Source of the DNA: Nageia nagi
Lineage: Eukaryota > Plantae > Pinophyta
Assembly: GCA_050084985.1 (NCBI GenBank)
Contig: JBITNC010000001.1
Location: forward strand, 172,236,001 to 172,300,000
Direction of reading: 5' to 3'
DNA: 64,000 bases
A program made the position numbers and the translations under genes. The notes under the pieces are model-generated. The model saw only the letters and a program-made list of their open reading frames with translations, did no database searches and had not been told where the DNA came from. Numbering within the stretch: position 1 is the stretch's first letter; every line of letters starts with the position of its first letter. This document shows, in pieces, positions 24,194 to 38,217 of this stretch.

Positions 24194-26640
24194 TTTTTAT
24201 TGGTATTAATAAAAAAATGAGATTTTGAGGACCCCATACCTTTACAGAAGAAGAGCATGATTGGAAGAATTTATCTAAGAAAAGCTAACAACATTAAAAT
24301 GCACAAAATAGTAAACCCTACAGGAATGGGACATATCCATACAATGAATCTCGAAAAAATTTAGGATTACTATCCCTACAACAGGACACCCAGAACCTTC
24401 AAGAAATAACAAAAAAAGCTCCATCAACAGGTTCCTCATGGAAGACCTCCTCCAAACACTTCCTTCTTCAGATTTGTAAAAACCATAGAAATAAGTTTGG
24501 TGAGCTACAATTGCCTGCTCCAAAGTAGTCAGCTGATTCTTCATCTCAAGCGATTAAGATTCTAACTTGGGAACCACTTTCCCTTTCTTTATCTAGGGCT
24601 TCTCCATAGAGGTCTTACCTTTCTTGCACTTCAGAGAGGTATCCTCTAAACTACTTATCACAATAGTTGATGGAGCACCTCGCTCCTTTCTAACAAAATG
24701 ATGTTGATCACTTTTTGAGGTTCTATCCCTATTCTTAGGTGCAATGACCTTCTTATAGCTAGAGTGCCCTTTCGTGCTCATTTCTTATTTGCCCAATTTA
24801 ACCAATTCTAATAAATAAGGTTCCTTATTCTTAGAGGATTGTTCAATGCTCTCTAACTTTGCCATATTTTTAGAAAAATCAAATTCAAGGCTTTTAAGCT
24901 TGGCCTTAACCTCCCTCAAAGGCTTCAAATTATCTTCAAACTTAGAGTTTGAACCTCTTAATGAATAATAAGAAAAGAGTTTCATAGGGATTTTTGGGAC
25001 TTGGGACTCCACATTATTCTTCTTAAAATGATGAGCCAACATTGTTAGAAGACCTACATGTATTGGGGTTGCAAGCATACCTCGTTGAAAGGAGGATACC
25101 ATATTTTCCAACAAATTCAACAACAGGATTAGAATATTTAGGACTTGATAACCCTATATGTGGTTGAGTAAGAAAAAGTAGTGGCTTTATACTAAATATT
25201 GAATCTCATCCAAAGTAAGAAATGCATACGAATGAGGATCACCTTCCCCTAGGGATTTGGAAGGGATTTTTGTTAGATTCTTAGGGAAAAGTGAACTAGC
25301 TTGGATGTCAGAATGCCATCCTATTTGCATAAGAGTTTCATATCATTATTTAATGAGTGCTTTCCCTTATTGATATTTTGGGCATATGCCTTAAGCTACT
25401 TAATCATTGATACCTCCACCAAAATATACATGGTCACCCTGAATTTCATGTTGCCTAGAAAGACTTTCCCTTTATTCCAAGACATGACCATAACAAATGC
25501 CAAGTCTAAGTCCATGGATGGGAATTTATTTAGTAAGTCTCATAGTCCTCCCTTTAATATCACCTCCTTAACAATAATATTTTCCTCCACAAACATTAGT
25601 TAAGTTCTTCTTGAAGCCATTATAAGAATAACACAAAATGACAAAGAACTAGAGGAAAAAAATATGGAAAAAGCATAAGCAAAGGAGAAATATATTGAAT
25701 ATTTGATGGAATCACACCATAATGACCATGATTATCCTCACCAACTCCAAATGAGCCATTCAACCGTCATGATTTATTGTTCCATAAGCTGGTTGCTCAT
25801 GTCACTAAATTTGCTGACTAGAGAATTAACCACGCCATTAGGGGCATAGGAATTCATGGGCCTTAACTCCAAATAATGAAAACTTAATCATGAGGGGTAA
25901 TGAGTCATGTGAATGGAAGCAAGACAAAGATTCCAAATCAAAGGCCCTCCAAAATGAGAAAGAGTTCTTCGAATTTGGAATCCATAAAAGGGGAAATCTA
26001 ACCATTCATTCAAAGAAATTGTATATCCCCTAAAAGAATTAATGGGAGACATATTTTATGGTTTTTACCCATAATGAGAGATATCTCATGCTACTATAAG
26101 AACTAGAGCTTACAGAGGATCCTCCTCCCATGTGGAGAGCTCTTCTTGAAGAAGGCCTAAATTAGCTACGAAATTCACTACTTTATTTCCATCTTTGAAG
26201 ATGTGTTCTATTTTGAATTCAAATAGTCTAGAGAAAAAATATTTCATGTTATTGAACATCCTTATTTGACTCCTTGTAGATTCCTTGAAGCCTCTTAGAG
26301 TATTGATGATATTCAAGGCATATCCCTCAATAATGACATTCCCATGGGATTTGTTCTTGAGAATTTTCTAGCTTCCACAAAATGACTTGATTAGAAACCA
26401 ATGTTCTTAGCATAGGTGACTAGGATAACTCCTTTATGGTATCTAATGATGTCTCCTTTTCTAAAGTTTCCATGGTTTCCCTTAGAATCTCCATCAAATT
26501 TATTACTTAACTTTCCAAAGGAGATGTCCATTTTACTAAAATCCTATCTGCCTTCACCTTCACATGTGAGATCTCTTTGTGAGTCATTCCCCACAATTAT
26601 TTTTAGACTATGCTAATTTAGTATTTTCTTATAGTATTTC
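24194..26640 (-). mobile_element. Second L1-clade LINE 3' portion: RNase H, spacer, extra downstream ORF, A-rich tail
   Basis: FDGDSKGN near 26475-26500 and EHIFKDGNKVVNFVANLG (ORF 26110-26316); extra ORF ~25600-24500; 3' TGTAAAGG...GGGGTCCTCAAAA...AATAAAAA. Confidence 0.75.
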
Positions 26641-27579
26641 TAATATTTTTCCTACATTTTCTTGTTCTTCTTCCACACATTTTAATATAATACTACTATT
26701 TTCAAGTATTGCAAGTGATAATTTTTTAGATACTTGGTCATGTTTTTCTTAATGGTACTTTCTGATCACCTTATTTCTTATTGTTTATATTATATAGCTC
26801 TTTAATATAGAACATTACAAATAATTGGACTTTTCAAAGATCGATAATTATATTTTTTGTGGTTATGATGTGATATCAAAAGGGGATATCAAGTTATAGG
26901 TGAAAACTTGAGTAAACCTCTTTTGGATCATTGGATTTTTATTGTCTAGTTTAGTGATGTATAGATTGCTAGTGCTCGTCAACTGTTTTTCCAAAAATAC
27001 CATGAATAAAAGAGTAGTAAAACATGACCAATTTAAATTTGGATTCTTGCATTTTAATTCTAATTTCAAGTTAATTAGACCAATTATTTAATTCATGATA
27101 TGAGTGTACTAACATATCAACATGAGGCACTATTGTATTTGAAACAATTTTAAAGAAATGAAGTACATAAAGTACCAATGATATTGTTTCGAGGTTCATC
27201 ATAGTATTAAAAATAAAATTAAAAAATACAAAAGAATGATCTCTCTACAATACAAATATAATAATAAGATCATAATAATCTTATATCATAGGTTGATAGC
27301 TAGTTAGCAAGCATCAATTATTTCTCATGCATTTCTTTGGGAAGTAAGCTAAATCAAAGTTTGTATTTTAGATGAAGTAGATACAATTGATTTAATGATA
27401 AGATATGTGATACTATTTTGAATGAATATGGTTCCAACCTTTTTTGCATCACACAAAGTGGGACATCGTAGTGAGTAATAAAGGTATACATATACCCCAT
27501 TGAAGGAAAACATAGGTATAATAGGATTGCTCCCTCAAAATCCAAAATTTAGTATAAGATAGTTTGAACTTAGAAAATC

Positions 27580-30500
27580 AAAAGAAAGAAATGAAATATT
27601 ATTAATGTCCGAAGTAGGCCAAAGATGACCTACAAGAGTATGAAAAAGTACATAGCAAGAATGATAAGTGAGTGGGCCATAATGACCAATATAAGAAATG
27701 AAGATAAGTACAATATCCTAACCTAAGAAATGGGCCAAAGATAATAAAATGAATAAGCGAGGAACACATATAATGTTCTTAGAGAGATGGGGGCCAGTCT
27801 CTCCTAAAATTCAAGGTCAAAGAATATTTTATTGAAAAATCAATGATCTACATCTATCCGTCATTGATTTGAAGCCTTGAAGAATCATGGATATGTTGTG
27901 TAATGGTCTTGCTTTTGTTTGGATGGTTCATAATCTAAGATTTTCATTTAATATCCTTCCTTGGTCCATATGAGTTGGTGAAATAGGTTTTGATGTGTTG
28001 AAAGTATGAGGGTGAGAGTTTCTTGAAGGAGATATCCCTTGTTGGTGGAACTGAGTTATGTATCTAATGTAAAGTCTAAGATCTCGTTAGTTCCAATAAT
28101 TGAAGAAGGTGGATAGATATCATGACTCATCCTTAAAAAAGATAATGGAATTTACCTCATATCTCATAGTAGATGGAACATTGAAAGATAAAATGATGCA
28201 TAGTTTCTACTTCTTCCAAAGAGAAAATTAAGTAGATCCACTCCTCCCATCGTAGATGATGATTTGACTCAACATAAAGCTAGTGAGAGAACACTCTAAG
28301 TTTTCCTATGTGGGTCATATGTTACATATAATAAGCTATCAAAGGTACTATGGAGTAACTATTTGACAATCAGGAATATGAAGAAAGTGATTGTGGTAGA
28401 AAGGTAACTTGCAGGAGAGAGTGGTGATAGGAGAGATCCATGTGTACCTAGTATAGTGGAGACTGATATCCTTTTAAATTTCTCGAAATATCTTCACCCT
28501 TTTTTGAGTTAGAAGTTGAGGTGCTCCTATTGAATAAGGAGGAAGTCTATTAATATGAATTTGAATGTTGGTTATAAGTATAAATATCTTATAGTATCAA
28601 CCTCTTCATCCCTTATAAGACTAAATGAGATCCATGTGTAAGTAGTATAATGGAGATTGATGTCCTTTTAAATCTCTTGAAGTATAGAAAGGTAACTTTG
28701 GGGAGAGAGTGGTGACAAGAGAGATATAGGTGTACTTAGCATAGTGGAGACTAATGTCCTTTTAAATATCTTCACCCTTTTTTGAGATGGAATTTGACGT
28801 GCTCCTAGTGAATAAGGGGGAAATATATTAATATGAATTTCAATGTTGGTTAGAAGTATAGATATTTTATAATGTCAATCTCTTCAACCCCCAATACTCA
28901 ATGAGAAGTCCATTGAGAAGAATAAAATCAAGTAATGGTATCATCTACATCCCACAAGGATTTATCCTAAGGTATGAACCTTATGTAAATAGATAATGAT
29001 AAAACATATGATCTAAAATCAAAAAGGTAAGGCCCCAAACTTTTCCAGAATAATAGAATAGGGAATTATACCCTTGCATCAAATGAATATCCAAAGAAAA
29101 ATATCTATACTAATTCAACATGAGACCATTTAGTTGGATAAAGGCTAGGATACCATATATCTTTCCTATGGATTATAGTTGGTTTGACCAAGGTATCAAA
29201 AATCTTCATATTAACCAAAATATCCTAGAAATGTGCTCTAAAAAAATTCCTCTTGACTAAGGAAGGGGCTATATATCCCTTTCAAATGCAACCTTAAGAA
29301 ATGAGGTTCATCAAAAAATTAGGTCCAATGAAGAGAACCCCCAAGTATATATAGGAGGTGGTGATCTCCACCTCTTTCCCTTAAAGATGGAAGTGGAGAT
29401 GGGATGTAGCCTCCTTAGTATAAGTATTTGAAAACCATAAACTTGGTCTTAGAAAAAATTACTATTATCTATTTCAAAGTACATAAAGTAACTAATGTAT
29501 CCAATTGACATTGAATCCCCTCAGGATTCGAGGTAAGAAGGATAACATCATCGAGGAAGAGGTTGGAAATCAACACATGGTAAAGTAGGAAACCATCTTT
29601 AACATGTTTATGTTAATAAATTAATGACTCAAACTCATTTATGAAGATCCCAAAGAGTGTTAGAGAAAGTGGAAAAACTTATTTCACTCATATGGTATTG
29701 AGAATATTATTTGAAAGGCCTTGTGGAGAGTGAAACCATCCTACCACTATATCATACAATAATGATATTGCTATCAAAATATATCTAGATATACCAACTG
29801 ATTGACGTCTCTCAAATAATAGATGTCAAGGTACTATGTTAAAATCTTTTCTGAAGGCAACAAAAGAAAACATTGACTCTAAAATATCTAGAATATGCCT
29901 CCTTGATAATGGTCACAAGGACTAGGATATGATTTATGGTCTAAAGGTGAGAAAAGATTTTCTATTAAGGAAACAAGGAGGATATGATTTACGATTTAGC
30001 ATTTGGCTTTTAGCGATTGGTAGAAGGGAAAGGTGAGAGCCTAGGTAGAGTTTGACATAAGAAATCCATATAAGAATTGGACCAACTATAGTCAAATTAT
30101 ACAATAATTCGAGAGGTGATAATGGAGGAAGAGGGTAGTGGGACATAAGGAATGGTAGTAGCTATGGAGAGAGAGAGAGATTAGAGTGACCAGTGAGCAA
30201 GGAAGGGTGATCAAAGAAAATAAAATAATAAATGGACAAAAGGATGGTGGTGGAATAAATATCATAGTCCATAGTATTAACTTTATCACTATGAGAAAAA
30301 TAGGTAATCCTTATAAAGTTCAAGAAACAAGTTAGTCCAAAATATGTTTCCTATACATAATAACTTGAGTGTCAATGGATGTTCAATAAAAGATAAGATC
30401 CTTGAGATTTAATTCATAAGTTTGTATCTCATCCTTTATGATGTTGTGGAGAGGAACTTGTATAGATCCAATTCAAACATTGAAATTCCCCAATAGTGAA

Positions 30501-31990
30501 ACCTCCCTATAATAGAGTAGCTAATGATGTCCTCATACAGGTCTTGGTAGGCATACATATCAATGTGCATAACAAAATTGGATGTGGTTGGAGGGAAGTA
30601 AAATATGGAAATGAAGATGTTAAAAAGTATTAGAATATGGTGGAGTTTAATCCATAAGAATCTAGAGTGGGTTTATATTTATATTAGAATCATAGAACCC
30701 CAAATTCCATCTCAAGTAAGTGTAATAACTCCTCATAACCATATGATACCTTTAGAATATTATGTGGCTTGTTGACAACTAGACCACCAAGAAGAATCAA
30801 TTATGGCTAGAAGGGCCTGCTTAAGGATTTCATGAGTCTCATACATGAGTATAATATCATGTCCTATAATTACTTTTGAAAGGAAATTGGGGGTAGATCA
30901 CAAGATACGATAATAAGCTATGGCAATATCCTTGTGCACCTCCTTTCCATGCCAAGATAGTCATTTGAGAGGTGAGGAATTAGACCCACTAGAGGGAGGG
31001 GTGTCCCTAATGATTAGAATAAGTTTTTGATTATTGCATATTTATTATATTTCCTAGCTACTGCCACCTTCTCTCTATCTTTGTGTAACTCATCTACTTG
31101 TAAGCATATAATATCTTTATCAAGAAAGATCCTAAACTAGATATTTCAAAGTCTCCTCTTGGATTTTAATTATTGAATATGCTCATCAAAATTTTTAAAG
31201 TGTATAACTAGTATAGATTTAGGAAAGATCCATGCTTTCTCTAAGGTGATTTTTGTAAACTTAAGAGTGCTATGAATGAAGAAGTTCCCTATTTAATGTG
31301 GGTTTAAAGGTTTGGGTAGCCCATGAACTTGAAGGTTAAGGGCCTTAGCATGTAAAAGTTTTTCTTATTTGAATTTGGTTTAGATTCCTAGCTCCACAAT
31401 AGGGGGACCCTTCTTTCCAACAACAACTTGCACCTACGATTATTGGTCAACTAATTTCTAATTTTCTATTATGTTTTCTTCCTAAAGACACTCCTACTCC
31501 ATAAGAAGTGCAACTTGTTCTTTTTTGATCTAGGAGAATCTTGATTAATAATTGTATGAATCTATGATGAGTTCCGCTATATGTGATGATCGTAGTTGAT
31601 GAAGAATGGTATATTAGTTTTGTAGTTGGATTTATAATTCAATGATAATTTGAGTACCATCATTCACATGTTCTTGCAAGGGTAGGATAACAACATTCTA
31701 CATTATAAATTGTTGTTGCAGTGATTCAAGCCTGGATATCTCTGACTTACAATTTCTAATTACATGATTTGATTTGGTTGTATGCATATAATTATTTGTT
31801 AGTATCAAATGGTTAGAGAGAGGTCAAAGATTAATATCTCAAGTGATTTGATTCTCAATTTGAATATCTTTTCAATGTCATCCATCCTATCCATATCAAG
31901 ATCCTTGATTCTTGTTAAATTTTCCATTAGGTTCAAACTATTGGTTGATACAATCTTCATTTTGCCTTTTTGAGGGCATGGTGAGGGAAG
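27580..31990 (-). mobile_element. Near full-length decayed LINE (RTE-X-like): ORF1, APE endonuclease, RT, C-terminal Zn motif
   Basis: Endonuclease start LSW...DIILMYETHE ~30830-30970; RT remnants 29330-29900; C-terminal KLRVFSH*LYVE...EEVETMHHFIFQCSIYYEI ~28155-28310; 3' end GACATTAATAATATTTCATTTCTTTC; internal duplication 28400-28890. Confidence 0.7.
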
Positions 31991-32869
31991 TATATAGGGG
32001 AAGAAATTTTAATAATTTTTTTTTTGTTAATATTTGAGGGTTAAAATATATTTCCAAATCTATCACACTTTAAACCCTTATTCCTTGATTGAAAGTATCT
32101 CATGATCATAGAAGAATAAGGCCACAACCTTCAATTGAAAAGAAATAAAACTTTGAGCCACTCTAAGATAACAAAATAGAAAAAAAGAAGAGTAAAATAT
32201 TTATAAAAATTTCATGATTTTATTACTTTTTCTTTTAACCTTTTCCTATTTATTTTAATTTAGATTTTATGATAAAATATAAAGAGAAGGATTTAAATAT
32301 AAAAGATCAACTTAGTGTGAGAAATTACTTTTCCTTCAATTCCATCTTGTTCAATAGCTTTTTCTAAATCCTTTTACTAACAAATGCCAGATTAATGCTA
32401 AGATAGAATTTTTAGTATGGAATGACATTGAGACTGAACCAATCTTGCACAAAACCTTAAGGGCTAACACACACACACACTATATGTATGGAATACAAAC
32501 CATATGAAGCCCTAAATAAACATAACTAAATAAGAATTTGAGATAGTTATGGTGTTGAGAATCATTAAGGCAAAACAATAGTAACAAGTACATAAAGTGT
32601 AGATATATAGGATGAAGAAATGTGTAATAATTGATTAAGATCAAGGATGTACTTGTAGTATAAGCATCCTTCTTAAGAAATATATATCAACCTATAAGAT
32701 TATAAATAAGCTTGTGTAATCTCACCACCTATTTTTTTCAAGGATTTCTTAATATTTAGAATGGAAGCAATATATTTATAAAGATATGATGATTATTTGC
32801 CTAACTAAGGTTTACTCTCTATTTCAATTCCTACATAAGTATATAATATGAAATCATAGTACATCATAT

Positions 32870-33630
32870 CAAAGATAATACTTCTTCAAATATATTATGC
32901 TAATATGTTCTTTTATTATTGGCCTTAAAAGAGTTGCTAGTTGATAGGTATTAAATCCATATGTAATGTTAAGTACAAATGCATCAATCCAAGTATATTG
33001 AAATTTTTCTTTCTTATTTAGTTTAGTATTTGTATTTGTGATTTTTAATAAGGATATAGTTTTCAATCTTAAATTTACATTGTAAAATTGAAGAACTTAA
33101 CTACATTTATGAAATATTATTTTAGAATTCAAATTGAGCAAGACAAACATCTTAATATTCTTGATCATCAATTAAATCTTTTTGTTTGATCCATAAAGAA
33201 TGGATTTCAAGGGAGAAATGACTTAAACACCATAAATAAGATAAAATGACATTGCTCTTATGGAGATTTTAATGCTAATTTTCTATGACCAAATAACATG
33301 ATAGAGTTGTAAGTGTCAATAATGGTCAATTTTATTCTAAACTTTTTTTAATATTTTAATAACAATTTCATTAGAAGCTTCATATTATTTATTACCCTAG
33401 AGATACTATGGATTAATTCTATTCATATTGAGTATAAAAGCTGATTTTAAAAGTAAACATTCAATAATTGATCACATTCTCACTTTTTAAATTATTGCTT
33501 GAAACTCTCTAAATGCTAAAGAAGATATATTTGCTTGCTTTAATTTGTGGATTTCAAAAAATCCTTCGATACTATTCTGATATGTTAACTTTTAAAGTGT
33601 ATGGCCCACTTAGTAATACATTTTGAATTA
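32870..33630 (-). mobile_element. Ty3/gypsy integrase C-terminal remnant
   Basis: KFQYTWIDAFVL...G.NTYQLATL resembles the KF.P.W.GPF...Y.L motif. Confidence 0.55.
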
Positions 33631-33639
33631 AGATTTGTG

Positions 33640-35087
33640 CTTTATATGATTCATGGATGAGTCATTTCCAAACTCAAAGCTAATCAAGTGTGTTTTGAGA
33701 AAATTAATTGCAATATTAGAGTTAAATAAGGATGTTGATTATCCCCAACTCTTTTCTCTATTTCCATAGATCAACTAGAAAAATATTAGAAGAGGCTACG
33801 TGAGTAGACACCAACCTTCAAAACCTCATCATTGTTCTTTTACTTTATATAGATGATATGATCTTGCTAGATAGATATTATGATAATCTTATAAAATAAT
33901 TAAATATCCTTCAAACATTCTCCAATATATATGATTTAATAATTAATGTAGATAAAACTAAAATTATAATTATTAAATCTAAAATTATGCTTCACCTTGT
34001 AATCCTCTTTAACAAAAAACCTCTAGATGTGATTCACTCTTATAAATACTTAGGTATTTATATTAATCACAAACTAAATTAGAATTTAACTATTGAAAAA
34101 AAATGTTAGATGGAAGGCCTTTTATGGTTTGGAAATAATTGTAAAAATGGATAGCTTTTGGATTGAGATAAAAAGAAAACTCTTTTCTCATGCTTGTAAC
34201 CTTGGTAATCCTTTATGGTTGTGAAGTTTAGAGTGACAACATTTCTTAAAAAATATGAAATAAAATTAGCAAATTAAAAAATAATTAATTATTTATAACT
34301 TCAAAATTAAAAATAACACACCACATCTTATCCTTTTCATGGAAGATGTCATACTCCATATCGAAAGTAAATATCTAAGATAATATATATTATACAATCA
34401 TAAACTATCAAAATTATATAATTACGGGCTCCTTGTAATTGTCAAACATGCTTTCCTAACCCATCAATGTCTTAAAATAGGTTGGTTAAAATAATGGTAT
34501 GATTTTCAAAACATACACATTAATATAAACCCTTTAGATAATGATAAATCAAAATTACAAATTATAAATAAAGTAATTGTATTTTTAAAGAATGATGATA
34601 ACATCAAAAATAAAAGAAAACTAGCCTATTGTAAAAATATCATCAATCCAAATCTTGAACAACCATCCTACCCATATGAGATTATTATTCTAAAAAAGAA
34701 ACTTACGATCACAAAATTAAGAATGAATTTGTGTGAACTACCTATTGAAATAGGTAGATGGATGATACCTAAAATACCATGAGATAAAAAGAATTTTTAA
34801 GTTTTGTAACTTAAATGCCATATAATATGAGACTCATTTTATCCTTACCTACCTATTTTACAAACATATTAGACAAACCTATAATGATATTTGTAATTCC
34901 AACCTACTCCATGAACTCTTAAACCAAGATAAGTAGAATAATTTTTGTAAGTTTATTATGAATTTTAATATTGTTAGAAATAATAATTTAAATACATAAA
35001 TGATATATATTTATATTTTGACAAAGTTGATAGGTCCTACAAATCATTGGGTTTAAAGGATGTTAAAAGATATTTCATTCATTCACA
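33640..35087 (+). mobile_element. 5'-truncated LINE (RTE-X-like) with TTCA-repeat tail
   Basis: LLLYIDDMILL (~33835-33870), SYKYLG (~34038-34055), LPIEIGRW...ETHFIL (~34738-34845), 3' end GATGTTAAAAGATATTTCATTCATTCAC. Confidence 0.75.
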
Positions 35088-36541
35088 TTTATATTTAGTA
35101 TTAAAGCACATTGGTATAATAATTTGACATCTTTATTTTTAAATGTGATTCTATATATGAAATAATGATAAAAGGTATACAAAATCATAAAATAATTTTA
35201 TTAAGAATGATTTTAGATATATAGATAGATAAATAGATGCCTTTTAACATATTTTTAAATCCATTAATTTTTGAGGAAGGTTATCCTCTTTCCAAATTCA
35301 AAACATACCTTGGGCATTTATGATCTTTGGGTTGCATACAAAATCAACTGAAAATTGATAGAACAAGCTCAAATTGGTAATGGGTTCTTAAATCTAGTTG
35401 AATTTGGTCCTAATATGTCCATCTTGATCTATTTTGGCTGATTTAAGGTATAAAGGTCCAAGATTTAGAGCATAAACTCCCAAAGTATGTGGCTCAATTT
35501 GACAAAAGGATAGATCCGTCCTTAATTTTAGGGCTTGTTGAATATTTAAAGTGACCCATAGATATATATAGGAAAAAACTTATGCTAAACACTCAAATGT
35601 GTGAAAGGAGAGTTCTATTAATAATACAATAATATATATAGAACAACATATAACACTAATATGATATGTAACATTAAATAAATATGAAGTAATGGTATAC
35701 AAATTATTAGATCAAGATTCAAGTCATGCATTATTGAGAAAGAGATCAAGAGAGATAAATATCTATCACCTTACCTAGATGATTAAATGTATATGTAGAT
35801 AAGGATTTATTGATATAAGTGTAATATTGAAATACAACCTTCCAGAGTTAATCAAGATCACAACTTAGCATTAACACTATACATAGCATCAATGCATAAC
35901 TCAAGGCCCATGCCTACAAGAAAATCCATGTTAGGGTATCTATAGATTAGGTTGCATCCAAGATCAAATAGTAGTATGATGTAATGACAAACCTAGTCTA
36001 ACATATAATTGTGAAAGATGAATGTTATATGCTCGAGTAATAAAAAGATTCCAATCTCAATAGGTTGTGTTGAGAAAAACATAAATGATAGGTGGTACTG
36101 ACTATCGAGATGAAATCCTAATTAACTTTCCCATGTGACATACCTACCTTTATATATGTAAGAGAACCACCATATTGTATGCCTACAAGCTTGTGCTAAT
36201 GGTAGTGTACCTTGCACAACAATAAATATTATTACATGAGAAAGTGCTTAAGCAGGCTAATATAAGAAAATATCATTATAATGAGATATCAATAATATGA
36301 TAATTAATTAAGGACACCAGAGGGATTTAAATTAAATATCAATAATTCCCCCTTTTGTAAGTTTAATTTAAATGAAATGAAATTATGCTTCCAATGGAAA
36401 GAAGGAAAGAGAAAGAAAAATACTCCCTAGATCTTAGCAAGCATCTGGATCAATAAATTTTTGATGATGGATATTGCCCCCTCTTTATATTTATTGCAGT
36501 ATGAGTAACTATGAAAATCTTGTGTGATCAAATACAAATAA

Positions 36542-37030
36542 TGTTAGAATTTGTAATGAAATATTGTGAATATCTAAACTCCTTGTAAATTCAATTAATC
36601 AATTAAAGGATATTTAGATACCTTAAGGGATTAATTGAATTCTTTATTATGTAAACTTTGACCTTACCAAGTGGTTAGTTGGTAGGTTAACGTTAGGTAA
36701 TATATTTATTGTAACCCTAACCTTACCCTTGGGTTAAAGAGAGGTTAGGGAGGTGCTCTCATGCTATAAATAGAGGGCCTCTCCTGTTGTAATACAACTT
36801 AGAGTTTGAGTAAGATTACTCTACTAGTTTGTGTAGGAGAGAAAGGAATTGTAGTAAGAGGGTGCATAGTTTGAGAATTGAGATCTAGTTGTGGATGTAC
36901 TCCCAAGGAGGGAGGAACCACTTATATTGGTGTTATCTTGTGTGAATGGTGTTATTAGCTTGTAGATGTTGAATGATTAAGTTTCCTATAGTCTTGGACC
37001 TTGAGAATTAGTCTAGATCTAATTCCTTTA
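36542..37030 (+). repeat. 5' LTR (489 bp)
   Basis: 11 substitutions relative to 44601-45089 by manual alignment; TATAAATA at ~36765. Confidence 0.95.
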
Positions 37031-37032
37031 AT

Positions 37033-37044
37033 TGGTATCAGAGC
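37033..37044 (+). promoter_or_regulatory. Primer binding site for initiator tRNA-Met
   Basis: TGGTATCAGAGC 2 nt after the 5' LTR. Confidence 0.95.
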
Positions 37045-38027
37045 TTGGTGTGGAAGCTCCTTCAACATTCTTTGAAACTTCTTCAATTTGGAGGTCTCCA
37101 TTTCTCATCTTCTTACATTGTTGAGGTAAAACATAATAGAAGGTATACATTTTTTACCTTCTTGGTTAATTATTGAATAATTGTATTTTACTACTAACAT
37201 ATTGTGTGCTATATGTTGACTATTGTTGAGCTAAATATGATTAACAATTTTTGATACTAACCTCTTTTGTGTTGAGGATAGTATACAAAAATTAAGTTGA
37301 GGATTTTTTTTTCTATCTTATGGAGAAGATAATTTTTTTAACCTTTTTTGTTAATAAAAATGGGTAATTTCTTTTGTGAGAGGGAGAAATTTCAATTTTT
37401 TTATTTGTAACTATATATATTACTTTAATACGGTTCTGCCTTGTAGAATACAACAAGACTATCAAGATTGTTTCATTAACTCTAATTTGTCCCTAGAGCT
37501 TTGTTGAGAAGTGAATCTGTATCTGTACTTTGTAAAGCATGCTCATCATCAAAAATCAAAGCATAAAGTCCTGTAAAAACCTCCTTAACCAATGCAACTA
37601 AGTATGAATGTTTTTGATATCCAGTATTCACCAAACTCGTATGAATCCCTTCACTGAAGAGTTTGGGGAAGAACTCCCGCTTTACACAATACCTATCATC
37701 TACGAAGCTGTAGCTTCTACCGTGTTATCTTTCTATCTCTCCCTACGTATATGTATGTATATGGATATTTATGGTCCATGGAATAAAAATTAGAGTTGCA
37801 ATAAAGAGATCTTAGATTTGTGTGCCTATCTTCTATGAAGTCGTATAGGAACTGCAATGGAGGCAACATTGACATTGCATTTGATTACATCATCCAGAAT
37901 GTTGGCATTTATAGTGCTGTCAGTTGTCCTTACAAAAAGCTACTACCTATTATAGAATGAGCCCAAATATTCCCAAAGTTAGTTGCTGAAAAATGCTTCC
38001 CTCGACATATACACACACCGCCTCCCT

Positions 38028-38217
38028 TGGATTGCACCTTCTCCCTCCTCCCTTGTAAGACATGGTCGTTCGGACCCTTCGAGGTGCGGTCGGTTGAAAT
38101 ACACATGCCTGGATTGCACCTTCTCCCTCCTCCCTTGTAGGACATGGTCATCCAGACCCTTCGAGGTGCGATCAGCTGAAATACGCATGCCTGGACTGCG
38201 CCTTCTCCCTCCTCCCT
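38028..38217. repeat. 82-bp tandem repeat (~2.3 copies) in the copia leader
   Basis: TGGA.TGC.CCTTCTCCCTCCTCCC starts at 38028, 38110, 38192. Confidence 0.9.
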
